This document shows positions 25,866 to 34,360 of a DNA stretch of 38,849 bases, piece by piece. Origin of the DNA: a virus (lineage: Duplodnaviria; Caudoviricetes). The DNA is taken from positions 1-38,849 of IMG/VR virus record IMGVR_UViG_3300022181_000004; one strand, given 5' to 3'. Every line of letters begins with the position of its first letter. The first letter of the stretch is position 1. Made by a program: the position numbers and the translations under genes. The notes under the pieces are model-generated. The model saw only the letters and a program-made list of their open reading frames with translations, was not told the origin of the DNA and did not search any database.

Positions 25866-26286
25866 ATGTGCTTTCCTCCATACCTTCAATATCATCCATC
25901 ATGTCATACTCACCGACCATAGCCTTATGTCCTTTGACTGAATTACAGTGTATACATGCTGCTTGATGGTTTGACCTATCCCAGAAACGCGGATCATCTG
26001 GCCCCCGCATAGGCACAACATGATCAACGCATTCCGCCATAATCGTACAGCCAGGAAGATGTAATTTGCATATCTGATTTTCAGGACGTCTCAAAAACGC
26101 TTTACTGTATTGCTGCCACCTGAAATTATATCCCCGTTCGTTTGCAGTTCCGCGTCGCTTATCATACTGCTTAAAACTTTCTCTTTGTTGCCGCTCATAT
26201 TCTGCTTTATGTTTATCGCAATAGCGACCCGAAGTTAGTTCATTACAGTCGGGGAAATTACAAAAATGTTTTGCTTTACTAGGCAT
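25849..26286 (-). CDS. Packaging-associated HNH endonuclease
   Basis: C..PDC......YCDKH, RGY..RW, VDHVVP..G....FWD..N.QA.C..CN..K. Confidence 0.92.
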   Translation of the reverse strand: MPSKAKHFCNFPDCNELTSGRYCDKHKAEYERQQRESFKQYDKRRGTANERGYNFRWQQYSKAFLRRPENQICKLHLPGCTIMAECVDHVVPMRGPDDPRFWDRSNHQAACIHCNSVKGHKAMVGEYDMMDDIEGMEESTYGHSQ

Positions 26287-26428
26287 GCCAAAACCTGCCT
26301 ATAATCCGCCTTAACTTATCTAGCAGCCGGAGAAAGAATAAACTGCGCCGCATTCTGTGCAACACTTTTTTATATCGCTTTGCTCCCTCGCACCCGATAT
26401 CTATATTAAACGATGCATGCTGTGCCAT
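26279..26428 (-). CDS. Small basic hypothetical protein (49 aa, not in ORF track)
   Basis: RBS AGAGGA; MAQHASFNIDIGCEGAKRYKKVLHRMRRSLFFLRLLDKLRRIIGRFWHA; overlaps the HNH start. Confidence 0.4.
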   Translation of the reverse strand: MAQHASFNIDIGCEGAKRYKKVLHRMRRSLFFLRLLDKLRRIIGRFWHA

Positions 26429-26725
26429 TTTGCTTTTCCTCTCTGTCTATTTACCGATGTGCCCCTGTCGGCTCCCGATCTGCTCATCTAAAACACATGG
26501 CGTTTGCAACCACCATCCTGGTCCACTTTAGTAAATAGCGCGGCTTTCCGACTGGGCGCTGATTGCTTGTCCAGTCTCTCTCCGTACCGCGCCGGGATAC
26601 GTACAAGCTATCCACGTGGCGTCTGGCCAGAACGCAAATCTAATTACAGTAAATATGCACTCCTCGAAGTGTTTTCCCGTAAACTTTGGCACTTCGCTGA
26701 ATAAATGAACTGATTATTAGTATGT

Positions 26726-26929
26726 TTACTCAAAGACATACACCTTACCGTGCCAAAACGGCAAGAACAACAGCGCAAAAACTCTCTGCAAGATGGAGTT
26801 GCATATCATCGTTACATCCCCGCAGTTCTCACAGATTTTAACTTTGAATATCGGTAACATGACATAGCCGACGCTGTAGTCACTGCTATCGTAATGTGTG
26901 CAGCAGCATTCAACGTCTAACCCGATCAT
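26726..26929 (-). CDS. Small Cys-rich hypothetical protein
   Basis: RBS AAGGAG; CC and CENC motifs. Confidence 0.5.
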   Translation of the reverse strand: MIGLDVECCCTHYDSSDYSVGYVMLPIFKVKICENCGDVTMICNSILQRVFALLFLPFWHGKVYVFE

Positions 26930-27089
26930 GTTTTCTCTCCTTTGCGGTTTTCTCTATAAAGTATGTCCAGCCCATCCTACCGCACTTATCGCAAGATTCC
27001 CTGTCCTTGACTGTATAATCGCGCTCTACTGAGTAATCGGCTCTTAGGTAATCCTCTCGACATCTTGTACATAGTGTTCTCTGTTCCAT
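26910..27089 (-). CDS. Small zinc-ribbon protein (59 aa, not in ORF track)
   Basis: MEQRTLCTRCREDY...ESCDKCGRMGWTY, two CxxC pairs. Confidence 0.6.
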   Translation of the reverse strand: MEQRTLCTRCREDYLRADYSVERDYTVKDRESCDKCGRMGWTYFIEKTAKERKHDRVRR

Positions 27090-27117
27090 TACATAAGTCC
27101 GTGAATCCTCTCACTCC

Positions 27118-27147
27118 AAAATAAAAAGCCCCCCGCTTCGGAAGGCT
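27118..27147 (-). terminator. Intrinsic terminator downstream of the late regulator
   Basis: Minus strand AGCCTTCC-gaagc-GGGGGGCT-TTTTATTTT. Confidence 0.7.
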
Positions 27148-27226
27148 CTTGACTTCATTTCATTGTCTCTATTTTATCAGATTGTCAATAATGGTTCCAC
27201 TCAAAAGTACCGGATTTTTCCCAAAT

Positions 27227-27694
27227 TTACCAGAAGATCAGTTTCGTAAGTCTTTTCAGCGCGTCGTTGCTCCGTCGGTACGCTTCTGTTTTGCTAATAT
27301 AATATTTGTCCATGATCTTCTCTATCCCGCGCCCTTCGTCACGTTCAATGAAACGCACTTCCAGCATATAACGCTCATCATCCGTCAACCTGGCAAGCGT
27401 CTGGCTCATTTCGTCAACGTATTCCCTGGCGTTATTATAGCCGTATTCGGCCAATACTTTTTTATCAAGACCGGCGCACAGTTGATCTTCTATTTTATTG
27501 CCACCACCGCCTGATACTGGCACAGAGCTTATGTTTGAGATTTTACCTTCCATATGAGAGGTAATGGCAAGTAAATGGTCCTTACCATATTCTGCCTTCC
27601 AATGCTGGTCATACCAGTCCCGCAGCATCGCGATAACGATTTTCTCTTTGTATTCGCTGATATATTCGATTTTCCAGGTAGCGCTATTATTCAT
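27227..27694 (-). CDS. RinA/ArpU-like late transcription regulator
   Basis: V.GGGGN..ED, L..L.DDERY.LE.RF....I.....IS...AYRR...AL (sigma region 4-like HTH); last early gene before packaging. Confidence 0.8.
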   Translation of the reverse strand: MNNSATWKIEYISEYKEKIVIAMLRDWYDQHWKAEYGKDHLLAITSHMEGKISNISSVPVSGGGGNKIEDQLCAGLDKKVLAEYGYNNAREYVDEMSQTLARLTDDERYMLEVRFIERDEGRGIEKIMDKYYISKTEAYRRSNDALKRLTKLIFW

Positions 27695-27732
27695 TGGATA
27701 CCCCCTTTTTCTTTATCCACAATAATTAATTA

Positions 27733-27969
27733 CTATTTGCCATAAGTATCAACAAACGCATCCCACTGATCCGCAATTTCTTTCTCCCGCGCCGCATACC
27801 CTTCTTGAAAGCCAGTCTGCCGCACTATGGCGCACTTTCTGCGGTGTACGCAAATGACAGTAAAATGAGCGACCTCAACCTCATCGCCAGCATACAGAAG
27901 CGCCCTGTCTGTTTCGGTCTCAAACTCTGCGCAATTTTGACAATATGCCTCAACCTTCAATTCAATCAT
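27733..27969 (-). CDS. Hypothetical protein
   Basis: RBS AAAGGGG; YCQNC...C.H...C metal-binding-like residues. Confidence 0.6.
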   Translation of the reverse strand: MIELKVEAYCQNCAEFETETDRALLYAGDEVEVAHFTVICVHRRKCAIVRQTGFQEGYAAREKEIADQWDAFVDTYGK

Positions 27970-28047
27970 TAGTCTGTGCCCCTTTCTAATACGCTGTTAA
28001 ACAAACTCCGCCTTGAGCTACGGGGTTTCTGGGGATGGTGATATGTA

Positions 28048-28416
28048 TCATAGGGCCTCCTTTAGAAGTTCCGAGTTATCGTGGATGTTGCCGATGACCT
28101 CGAGCCAGACTTCGGCGTTATTCAGCCATATCCCGTATAAGCCTTTTCGCTCGATGAAGAATGTTGCATCGCTCCCGTAAACAATATGTCCGGTTATTGT
28201 TTCTCCATCAAACCGCCCCGTAACAATATCCCCCTCGAAAATCTTCTTACCGTTTTCGTCAGTCAGTTCGGTGAATTGGCCGATGGTTTCAGGCTTTACC
28301 GCATATTCATTGTTACTATCAGCGTATATGAGTGGCTTATCAAGCGTGTTGCGTAACGATAAGTCCCCATATACCCATGTGCCATTATGTAACCCTCGAA
28401 ACAAAATCTCACGCAT
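28048..28416 (-). CDS. YopX-family protein
   Basis: MREILFRG...WVYG, ETIGQFT.L.D.NGKKIFEGDIV, EVIGNIHDN.ELL. Confidence 0.92.
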   Translation of the reverse strand: MREILFRGLHNGTWVYGDLSLRNTLDKPLIYADSNNEYAVKPETIGQFTELTDENGKKIFEGDIVTGRFDGETITGHIVYGSDATFFIERKGLYGIWLNNAEVWLEVIGNIHDNSELLKEAL

Positions 28417-28428
28417 GATTTTCCTCCT

Positions 28429-28593
28429 TCATGGACAATAGATATCAACGTGTGCCATGTAGTCATCGTCTACTTGTTTATGGTATTCTTCCTTCCTGGT
28501 ATGTAATGCCCTATGCCAGCGTAGTAGCCGAATAACTCCCTTACGTGTGCGCCTTTTGCGCATCAGCAAAAGGTAGAACTGCATTGGCTTCAT
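28429..28593 (-). CDS. Small hypothetical protein (54 aa, not in ORF track)
   Basis: ATGA overlap with the upstream stop; fills the gap before yopX. Confidence 0.45.
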   Translation of the reverse strand: MKPMQFYLLLMRKRRTRKGVIRLLRWHRALHTRKEEYHKQVDDDYMAHVDIYCP

Positions 28594-29267
28594 ATGCTTT
28601 TCTCCCCGGCCTCCTGCGGATTATTCTTCCAGTCGCAGTATTTCTGACAGTCCTCTTGTTTGAAGAAAACAACGCTGTAGGATTGAACTTCTTCAAACGG
28701 CTCCCCTTTGTACACCGTGCGGCTTCTTTCAAAAGTATCATAATCGCGATCTTCTTTGCGGGTGTAGTACTTGCCGACGCCTGCATATTCTCTACCAAAC
28801 GTATCTTTATGTTGATAAAACTGGTAGCACTCAATTTCTTCTGGCTCGTAAAAGTTTGTGGGAGTTCCGCAAATAGGGCAATCTTCGGTGTATTCTTTTC
28901 CGCTCGGACTCGTAAAGCGTATCTTGCGATTATTATTGCATTTATCGCATTTAGACTTTTCAACCCTATGTGAAGCCGGAAACCACCCAACAAGCATGTA
29001 TTCTCCAAGCAACTCTGCAATGCGCATTTTCTTTAACTGCCGCTCATAGTTTTCTTTGTCCGTTGCGAACTGGTGTAAAGCGCGGCTATGCTCTGCCTCG
29101 ATTTCCTTTTTGCGTTTTTTAATCTCCTGAAGCTCTGCGTTTTCTTTGTGTAACCGCGCCATTTCAGCCTGATAGTCCTGCTTAACGGCATTTATAAGTG
29201 ATTGTTTGAACTCGTCTATCTGCGCTTCAAATTCGGATGGCTCATTATAAAAATCATCGTAATACAT
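28590..29267 (-). CDS. Hypothetical phage protein (coiled coil plus Zn-finger-like Cys pairs)
   Basis: DFYNEPSEFE..IDEFK.SL, CDKC...R....PSG....DC.C; RBS AAGGAG. Confidence 0.8.
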   Translation of the reverse strand: MYYDDFYNEPSEFEAQIDEFKQSLINAVKQDYQAEMARLHKENAELQEIKKRKKEIEAEHSRALHQFATDKENYERQLKKMRIAELLGEYMLVGWFPASHRVEKSKCDKCNNNRKIRFTSPSGKEYTEDCPICGTPTNFYEPEEIECYQFYQHKDTFGREYAGVGKYYTRKEDRDYDTFERSRTVYKGEPFEEVQSYSVVFFKQEDCQKYCDWKNNPQEAGEKSI

Positions 29268-29269
29268 GC

Positions 29270-29566
29270 TTATTCTCCTTTCTCGGCCTCTAAAGCTGAT
29301 TGCGGACTTGCCATCATTTTACTTCCGCAATGCGGGCAATGTGACCAGCTAAGCGATATGTAATGGCCCTGTGTGCGATGTGAATGCCGCTGCAGCTTAC
29401 GCGACCACCGGCGAATCTCAAAGCTTGTACTTCCAGCGCGGTATGAGTTCATTTTCGGATCTATGCCATCAATGCGGTTTAGCGCCATTCCCTGGTCCAT
29501 GAGCTTTTTAAGGCATCTGTTCGGGCAGTAACCCGGAAGCCAAACGCCACGGTATAAGTAGTTCAT
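29270..29566 (-). CDS. Hypothetical protein with C-terminal CPHCG
   Basis: RBS GAGGTGG; tightly coupled to its neighbours. Confidence 0.6.
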   Translation of the reverse strand: MNYLYRGVWLPGYCPNRCLKKLMDQGMALNRIDGIDPKMNSYRAGSTSFEIRRWSRKLQRHSHRTQGHYISLSWSHCPHCGSKMMASPQSALEAEKGE

Positions 29567-29769
29567 TATTCCACCTCTCCCTCCCCAGCCTGCTCCACAA
29601 AGGAAAATCCTTCAATCGAGGCCAGCTGTTCGCATAAATCCATAGTGCTCCTGTGGTATCCTTTGAAAAAACCGCGAGAATATTGATTTTCTATCTGATC
29701 TGCTTCTTTATGCCGCTTAATCGCAGTTTCGTATATACCGTGAAGGTAATCAATAGCATGCTTCCTCAT
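29566..29769 (-). CDS. Hypothetical protein
   Basis: RBS GGAG; coupled ORF. Confidence 0.6.
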   Translation of the reverse strand: MRKHAIDYLHGIYETAIKRHKEADQIENQYSRGFFKGYHRSTMDLCEQLASIEGFSFVEQAGEGEVE

Positions 29770-29771
29770 GG

Positions 29772-30074
29772 CTATTCTCCCTCCCCGGCCTGCGCAACAG
29801 GGCTTTCATTCAGCAAATTTTCCAGCCGTTGAAGTTTTTTTGCCTCCCATTCATCAGCAAACCCAAAAACAAGCTCCATCTGGCGAAGTGTTATTTTACA
29901 ATCGGCAATTTCCTCAACAACATGCTCTCGTACGGTAGGCATCTTTTCGCCGTTGACACGGAAGGATTTACAGAGTTCTTTTGTGAGCTCGCTCATTTCT
30001 TCGATAGCCATGAGTATTTGCGCTGGTTCTCCCCACCGGATAAGTGCAAGCCTAAGCAAATTATCTTTATTCAT
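29772..30074 (-). CDS. MazG-like nucleotide pyrophosphohydrolase (start MNKDNL)
   Basis: Q...AIEEMSELTKELCK...VVEEIADC all-alpha NTP-PPase motif; RBS GGAGGAGG. Confidence 0.75.
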   Translation of the reverse strand: MNKDNLLRLALIRWGEPAQILMAIEEMSELTKELCKSFRVNGEKMPTVREHVVEEIADCKITLRQMELVFGFADEWEAKKLQRLENLLNESPVAQAGEGE

Positions 30075-30225
30075 TTGCCTCCTCCACGTACACCACCGCA
30101 AAACGCAGTCCACAGCTATTACAAAAGCCCGTTCCGTCTGCTCGCCACATGCCCACTTCTTCACCGCAATACGGGCAGAAGCGGATATTGTCCGTGTCGG
30201 AATATCCTTCAATGTAGTTAATCAT
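30067..30225 (-). CDS. Small zinc-ribbon protein (52 aa, not in ORF track)
   Basis: MINYIEGYSDTDNIRFCPYCGEEVGMWRADGTGFCNSCGLRF; ATGA-coupled to the upstream gene. Confidence 0.65.
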   Translation of the reverse strand: MINYIEGYSDTDNIRFCPYCGEEVGMWRADGTGFCNSCGLRFAVVYVEEANE

Positions 30226-30554
30226 TCCGTCCCGCCTTCCCCGGCTTCCAAGCCTCGCTTCCAGTTTGCAATAGTCTTCATGATATAAGGTGCAGAGCCG
30301 AATTCAAGATACGTCTCGACATCGTATATGCACTTCTCCGCCGCCCGCTCCCGGCGCTGGGATTCGGCAAGCTGGGTGCGAAGGGAATCAACAAGGCATT
30401 CATGCGCCGTATGGCAATCTTCACAAGCCCCTAAGTGCGTCGTTAAATCCCGTAGCCTGGCGTTTTCTATGCGAAGCTGCCCCAGTTCTGCTTCGGCGCG
30501 GCAGCATGCAAGTTCGGGGTCATCACAAAATCGCAAAAATCCATCTTTAAGCAT
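30222..30554 (-). CDS. Hypothetical protein (start MLKDGF)
   Basis: RBS AAGGAGG; coiled coil. Confidence 0.6.
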   Translation of the reverse strand: MLKDGFLRFCDDPELACCRAEAELGQLRIENARLRDLTTHLGACEDCHTAHECLVDSLRTQLAESQRRERAAEKCIYDVETYLEFGSAPYIMKTIANWKRGLEAGEGGTE

Positions 30555-30870
30555 TTTGCGCCTCCTTTTCCGGTCCCACAGGTCCATCATGAGCCACGAC
30601 ATAAGCAAATCCAGGGCAATTCTTACAGCTATTTGCCTCCCGCTCGGCGGCCATCTCTGCCTGGGTGCGTTCTAGCTCGGAGAGCAGATAGGGGATATCT
30701 TCGTAAGCCTCAACAGCTTTTTCAAACAGCCATGCTTTCCCACCGTCGCCCCGGCCTGTGGTCTTTTTATAATCCTCACGCTCGATAAGCAGTCGCAGCC
30801 GTTGGCGCAGCTCTTCCGGCGAAACATCATCACATTGCCATCTGGCGCGTATCTCGTCTATACTGACCAT
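30547..30870 (-). CDS. Hypothetical protein
   Basis: IDEIRAR...DIPYLLSELER, a pattern frequent in phage early proteins; RBS GAGGTG. Confidence 0.65.
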   Translation of the reverse strand: MVSIDEIRARWQCDDVSPEELRQRLRLLIEREDYKKTTGRGDGGKAWLFEKAVEAYEDIPYLLSELERTQAEMAAEREANSCKNCPGFAYVVAHDGPVGPEKEAQNA

Positions 30871-32138
30871 ATGGCTTCACCTCGGTATTCAATACCGTCT
30901 ATAACTTCGCCATGTTTCAGGGTTTCAAAACCGCGGGATTTAAAGACTTTCCATCCTTTTATCTCGCCCGTCTTATCATTGCAGCTGGTTTCAATCCCCA
31001 TAACAAACCGCTTGTTTCTGCAATAGCTAGTTGATTTCATATCCTTAACCACGAATCTTAGCCCCCGAGGTCCGCTCCCCGGAAAAAACTCCACCACATC
31101 ACCAACATATAACTTTCTGCCAATGGCATCTGTATAGTTGGTTTCTTCGCCAACTTCGCCATAGTTATCACCACCACAGACAAGATGCGGCTTGAATTCA
31201 GGTTCAGGCTGGTAGCCATCGAGTACAAGGTAATCTTCATGCACAATAACCGCACGTTTCCACGGGCGCCCAGGGTGTGTTATGTTTTCAAACCCAACCG
31301 CCTTGCCAACCCATTGTTTTATGATGTTTGAATCGTCTTCCGTAACCTTTAACAGGTCATGAAGATCATACCGATTATCGTATCGAGCGTATCCCGTAAC
31401 GGCAATCGGAGTAATGTACTCCCCAACCTTCGCGGGGCGCTGGACGAGGGGGACAAGACAGTTTGGCACAATAGTAAGGTTATCAAAACGAGCAAGTCCC
31501 ATTTCAAAATTAAACGTCCATCCATCTTCAAAGGTAATGCACGCACCGTCGTATGCGATTTCATAAATTTTCCCTTTTGTTAAAAACTTCCCCGGGTTAT
31601 AATCTTTCACGCAGTACGATTTGATAGGCTCCGGCTTATCTTCGATTTTTCCAGGCGGCGTTTCCGCAACAGTCCCTATCAACCGATCAAATGCCAGTCT
31701 CGCGCCAACTTCAAAGTCAAACGTATCCTTCTGGCTACACTTGGCTTCCGCGCTCTTGACCACTTCCTTGCCTTCGTACAGCCGGGCAAGGGTGGTTGTG
31801 CCGTCGGTGGTGATGAGGATTTTTTGATCTTGGATAACGTGCCAACGGCTATAGTGCACGTAGGTTTCATGATTATACTCAGGGAGAACGCCGCCATCCC
31901 AGCGAATTTTCGGACTTTCAGAGCCGTCATTGTAAATAATCTTTCCCGTTGTTCCCTTCGGCGGATAACAACTCGACCGCACGCCCGAATCAAATCTTAC
32001 TCTATCCCCAACCTTGAATTTAGTCATCATTGGCCTCCGTTCTTTTTTATCCTTGGCTCCCATCATACAGTCAGGGCATACCTGCATACCTTCTGGTATG
32101 ATATCTCCACAACTTATACAGGTCTCTGGTTGGGTCAT
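30858..32138 (-). CDS. Multi-domain hypothetical phage protein
   Basis: KFKVGDRVR (SH3-like), AKCS.KD.FDFEVGA.LAFDRL; RBS AGGAGG. Confidence 0.75.
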   Translation of the reverse strand: MTQPETCISCGDIIPEGMQVCPDCMMGAKDKKERRPMMTKFKVGDRVRFDSGVRSSCYPPKGTTGKIIYNDGSESPKIRWDGGVLPEYNHETYVHYSRWHVIQDQKILITTDGTTTLARLYEGKEVVKSAEAKCSQKDTFDFEVGARLAFDRLIGTVAETPPGKIEDKPEPIKSYCVKDYNPGKFLTKGKIYEIAYDGACITFEDGWTFNFEMGLARFDNLTIVPNCLVPLVQRPAKVGEYITPIAVTGYARYDNRYDLHDLLKVTEDDSNIIKQWVGKAVGFENITHPGRPWKRAVIVHEDYLVLDGYQPEPEFKPHLVCGGDNYGEVGEETNYTDAIGRKLYVGDVVEFFPGSGPRGLRFVVKDMKSTSYCRNKRFVMGIETSCNDKTGEIKGWKVFKSRGFETLKHGEVIDGIEYRGEAIWSV

Positions 32139-32149
32139 GATCAGACCTC

Positions 32150-32635
32150 CTATGCAACGCTATCAGACGCTTCGGCATCTTCGAGATCATCCATGTCTTC
32201 GAGGTCCTCCGGCTCTTCCAGGGCTTCGGTGTCCGGCTGCGGGGCGGCATCGATATCCGGGATATTCTCAATGCCTGGCAGTCTCACACGGATCAGTTCG
32301 CGGTTGAAATATTGCAGCCAGGCCGCATGCATCTTCTTGTGCAGGTTTTTAAGCTTATTGAAAAGCGCGTCGTCAATGGAAAAGGTATCGGAGATTTTGT
32401 AGGTCAAATCGCCGTCGATGTAGGCAAACACGATAGCGGCGTCCGGACCGGTCTTGTTTCCGGCAGCGCCGTCAATATCGTCGAACATGCTCAGCTGTTC
32501 ATCCGGCGGCGTGATGGAAGAAATCGTCAGGGTGATCGGGTAGCCGCTGTGATCGAAGTGATAGGTCAACTTATTTTCATCGCAGATATTTTCCAGCTTC
32601 TTTCTGAAGGTGCCGTACTTGAACATTTCGGTCAT
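32150..32635 (-). CDS. Hypothetical protein with acidic C-terminus
   Basis: RBS AAGGAG; contains QLSMF, a sliding-clamp-binding-like pentapeptide. Confidence 0.7.
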   Translation of the reverse strand: MTEMFKYGTFRKKLENICDENKLTYHFDHSGYPITLTISSITPPDEQLSMFDDIDGAAGNKTGPDAAIVFAYIDGDLTYKISDTFSIDDALFNKLKNLHKKMHAAWLQYFNRELIRVRLPGIENIPDIDAAPQPDTEALEEPEDLEDMDDLEDAEASDSVA

Positions 32636-32652
32636 GATATAATCTCCTTTCG

Positions 32653-33093
32653 TTATTGAGCGGTCTGGATTGTTATTTCCAGCCGCGGTTGATCAGAATA
32701 GTATTTTTTAATCTGCCCGTCTGTGATGTGCGAATCGTCAACATACGCGATCTTGTTAAGGCTGTCGGCCACTACCTTGCCAATGTTATCCCAATCCGGC
32801 TTTTTTACCGGCCTGATCTTGCCTGTCAGCATCAATTCCCGCTTCTTTTTGCTAACACTGGCCGGGATGGAATAGTACGCCGTCACACTCATGTCTATGT
32901 ACTCGCCGTCAGGGAAGCGGTAGCCCCTTGTCTGCTGCCGGTACTCCGTGATGATAAGGTTTTCATAGAGCGTCGTTTCCTCGGGCGTATAGCTGCGCGG
33001 TTTCGGGAGCCTGTTGCCATTTTTATCAAAATGGATTGTCCTGGCCCGCGCTTTACCTTGGGGTTCACCTAAAACCGTAAACTCGACTTTCAT
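32653..33093 (-). CDS. rusA: RusA-family Holliday junction resolvase
   Basis: GEPQGKARAR, KKPDWDNIGKVVADSLNKIAYVDDSHI catalytic Asp motifs. Confidence 0.92.
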   Translation of the reverse strand: MKVEFTVLGEPQGKARARTIHFDKNGNRLPKPRSYTPEETTLYENLIITEYRQQTRGYRFPDGEYIDMSVTAYYSIPASVSKKKRELMLTGKIRPVKKPDWDNIGKVVADSLNKIAYVDDSHITDGQIKKYYSDQPRLEITIQTAQ

Positions 33094-33107
33094 GGTTGAC
33101 CCCTCCC

Positions 33108-33320
33108 TTACAAACTTTCGAACTCGGCTTCCAGGGTCTTAATCTTAGCGTCGACACGGCAAACAATTAGCTGTTCTATCATTTCGCTATCCGCTTGCCC
33201 GACATAATTGCGTATCTCGCGTAAGGAAATGCAGTCCCGGTTAACATCTTTCTTGATGCCATTCAGCTTAAGAAGATGGTTGAGTATCTGTTTTGCCCGC
33301 TCGTAGCTCTCGGTTTTCAT
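33108..33320 (-). CDS. Hypothetical protein
   Basis: RBS AGGAGG; coupled ORF. Confidence 0.6.
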   Translation of the reverse strand: MKTESYERAKQILNHLLKLNGIKKDVNRDCISLREIRNYVGQADSEMIEQLIVCRVDAKIKTLEAEFESL

Positions 33321-33535
33321 ATTCGCATTACCTCCTGTTCTTGAATTTCGGTATGAATTTCCGGCAGCGGCGTAAACTCAAATTCCAGTCGTTCGCAAGC
33401 CCGAAGGTCGGGCTGCTGCCTCATAACGGAGCCGTAGCGGTTACGGTCGAACCTTACAACCCCGTAGCCGGAGCCAATGTATTTCCAGGTTTCGTCAACC
33501 TTTTTGTAGCCGGATACCCGATAAGTTGCAAACAT
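33317..33535 (-). CDS. Hypothetical protein
   Basis: RBS AGGAGG. Confidence 0.55.
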   Translation of the reverse strand: MFATYRVSGYKKVDETWKYIGSGYGVVRFDRNRYGSVMRQQPDLRACERLEFEFTPLPEIHTEIQEQEVMRI

Positions 33536-33546
33536 CTATGTTCCTC

Positions 33547-33768
33547 CTAGCCTCGCTTATCCTCAGCAAGCGCTTTTTTCTTTGACATCAACTGCTTGGT
33601 TTCAAAATACTGCTTATGGTTACAGGCAGCGCAGGTGTAAAAGAAAACTGTTTTACCTCCACGGACCTCCCAGTAGCGGTCTGTATTGTCTATCCGCAGC
33701 ACAGAACCGCAGGAAGAGCATTTAATAAACCCTAGAACCTTATGGTAATTATCCTTGATGATTTTCAT
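33547..33768 (-). CDS. Zinc-ribbon hypothetical protein (start MKIIKD)
   Basis: CSSCGS...CAAC; RBS AGGAGG. Confidence 0.6.
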   Translation of the reverse strand: MKIIKDNYHKVLGFIKCSSCGSVLRIDNTDRYWEVRGGKTVFFYTCAACNHKQYFETKQLMSKKKALAEDKRG

Positions 33769-33778
33769 TTTGTGCCTC

Positions 33779-34360
33779 CTAAAATTCAAATAAGCTGCCA
33801 GCTTCGCCCATGAATTTTCTATACTCGGCATCGTCAACCGCTCTGTTATCTATCGGCATATCGCCTATCCAACCTTGCCGCCGGACGAAAGCCCGCTTCT
33901 GCTTATCAAATACCCATCCCGGGTCATTAAGAACATCAGTTAAACATTCTCGTGCTGGCCGTTTGTTGATTTTAATACCTTCCCAATCCTTGCATTGGCA
34001 AGGATACCAACCATCCTCCCATGGGTGATTGGCGAGGCCAGTGTAGACGGCGTTGATTGCCTTAAACCATCCCGCTCCTTCGCAGTACGGGCAGATATCC
34101 GCAGGTTCTTCCGCATCTATTTCCCGTTGCCGCCGACGCTTAATATCCTGGGCTTGAAAGCAGTAAGACCGTAGACTGGCTGGGTTGGGCTTATAAGGCT
34201 CTTTGGCTATGTAAAGGCTGATTGCCGAATCGAAAACATCTGCATCAAAGCGGCCTAATACCAAGTGCCATTCTTCAAGGACTTCCGGAGTGGCCGGCGG
34301 TAGGCGGTCATATATTTTTCGCAGCCGTTCCCAACCATCGGCCAAATCATCGTTGGTCAT
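33779..34360 (-). CDS. Putative helicase loader/inhibitor (G39P-like N-terminus plus Cys cluster)
   Basis: W..VL..FD......AI..YI......P.PA.L, CPYCEG.GW...PCQC; ATGA-coupled to the initiator gene. Confidence 0.55.
   Translation of the reverse strand: MTNDDLADGWERLRKIYDRLPPATPEVLEEWHLVLGRFDADVFDSAISLYIAKEPYKPNPASLRSYCFQAQDIKRRRQREIDAEEPADICPYCEGAGWFKAINAVYTGLANHPWEDGWYPCQCKDWEGIKINKRPARECLTDVLNDPGWVFDKQKRAFVRRQGWIGDMPIDNRAVDDAEYRKFMGEAGSLFEF

Noticed and set aside
26504-26704. 66-aa plus-strand ORF; also riboswitch or ribozyme identity for this region
   Set aside because: The ORF is antisense to the late operon with a TTG start and no RBS. I could not match glycine, c-di-GMP, hammerhead or SRP core motifs.
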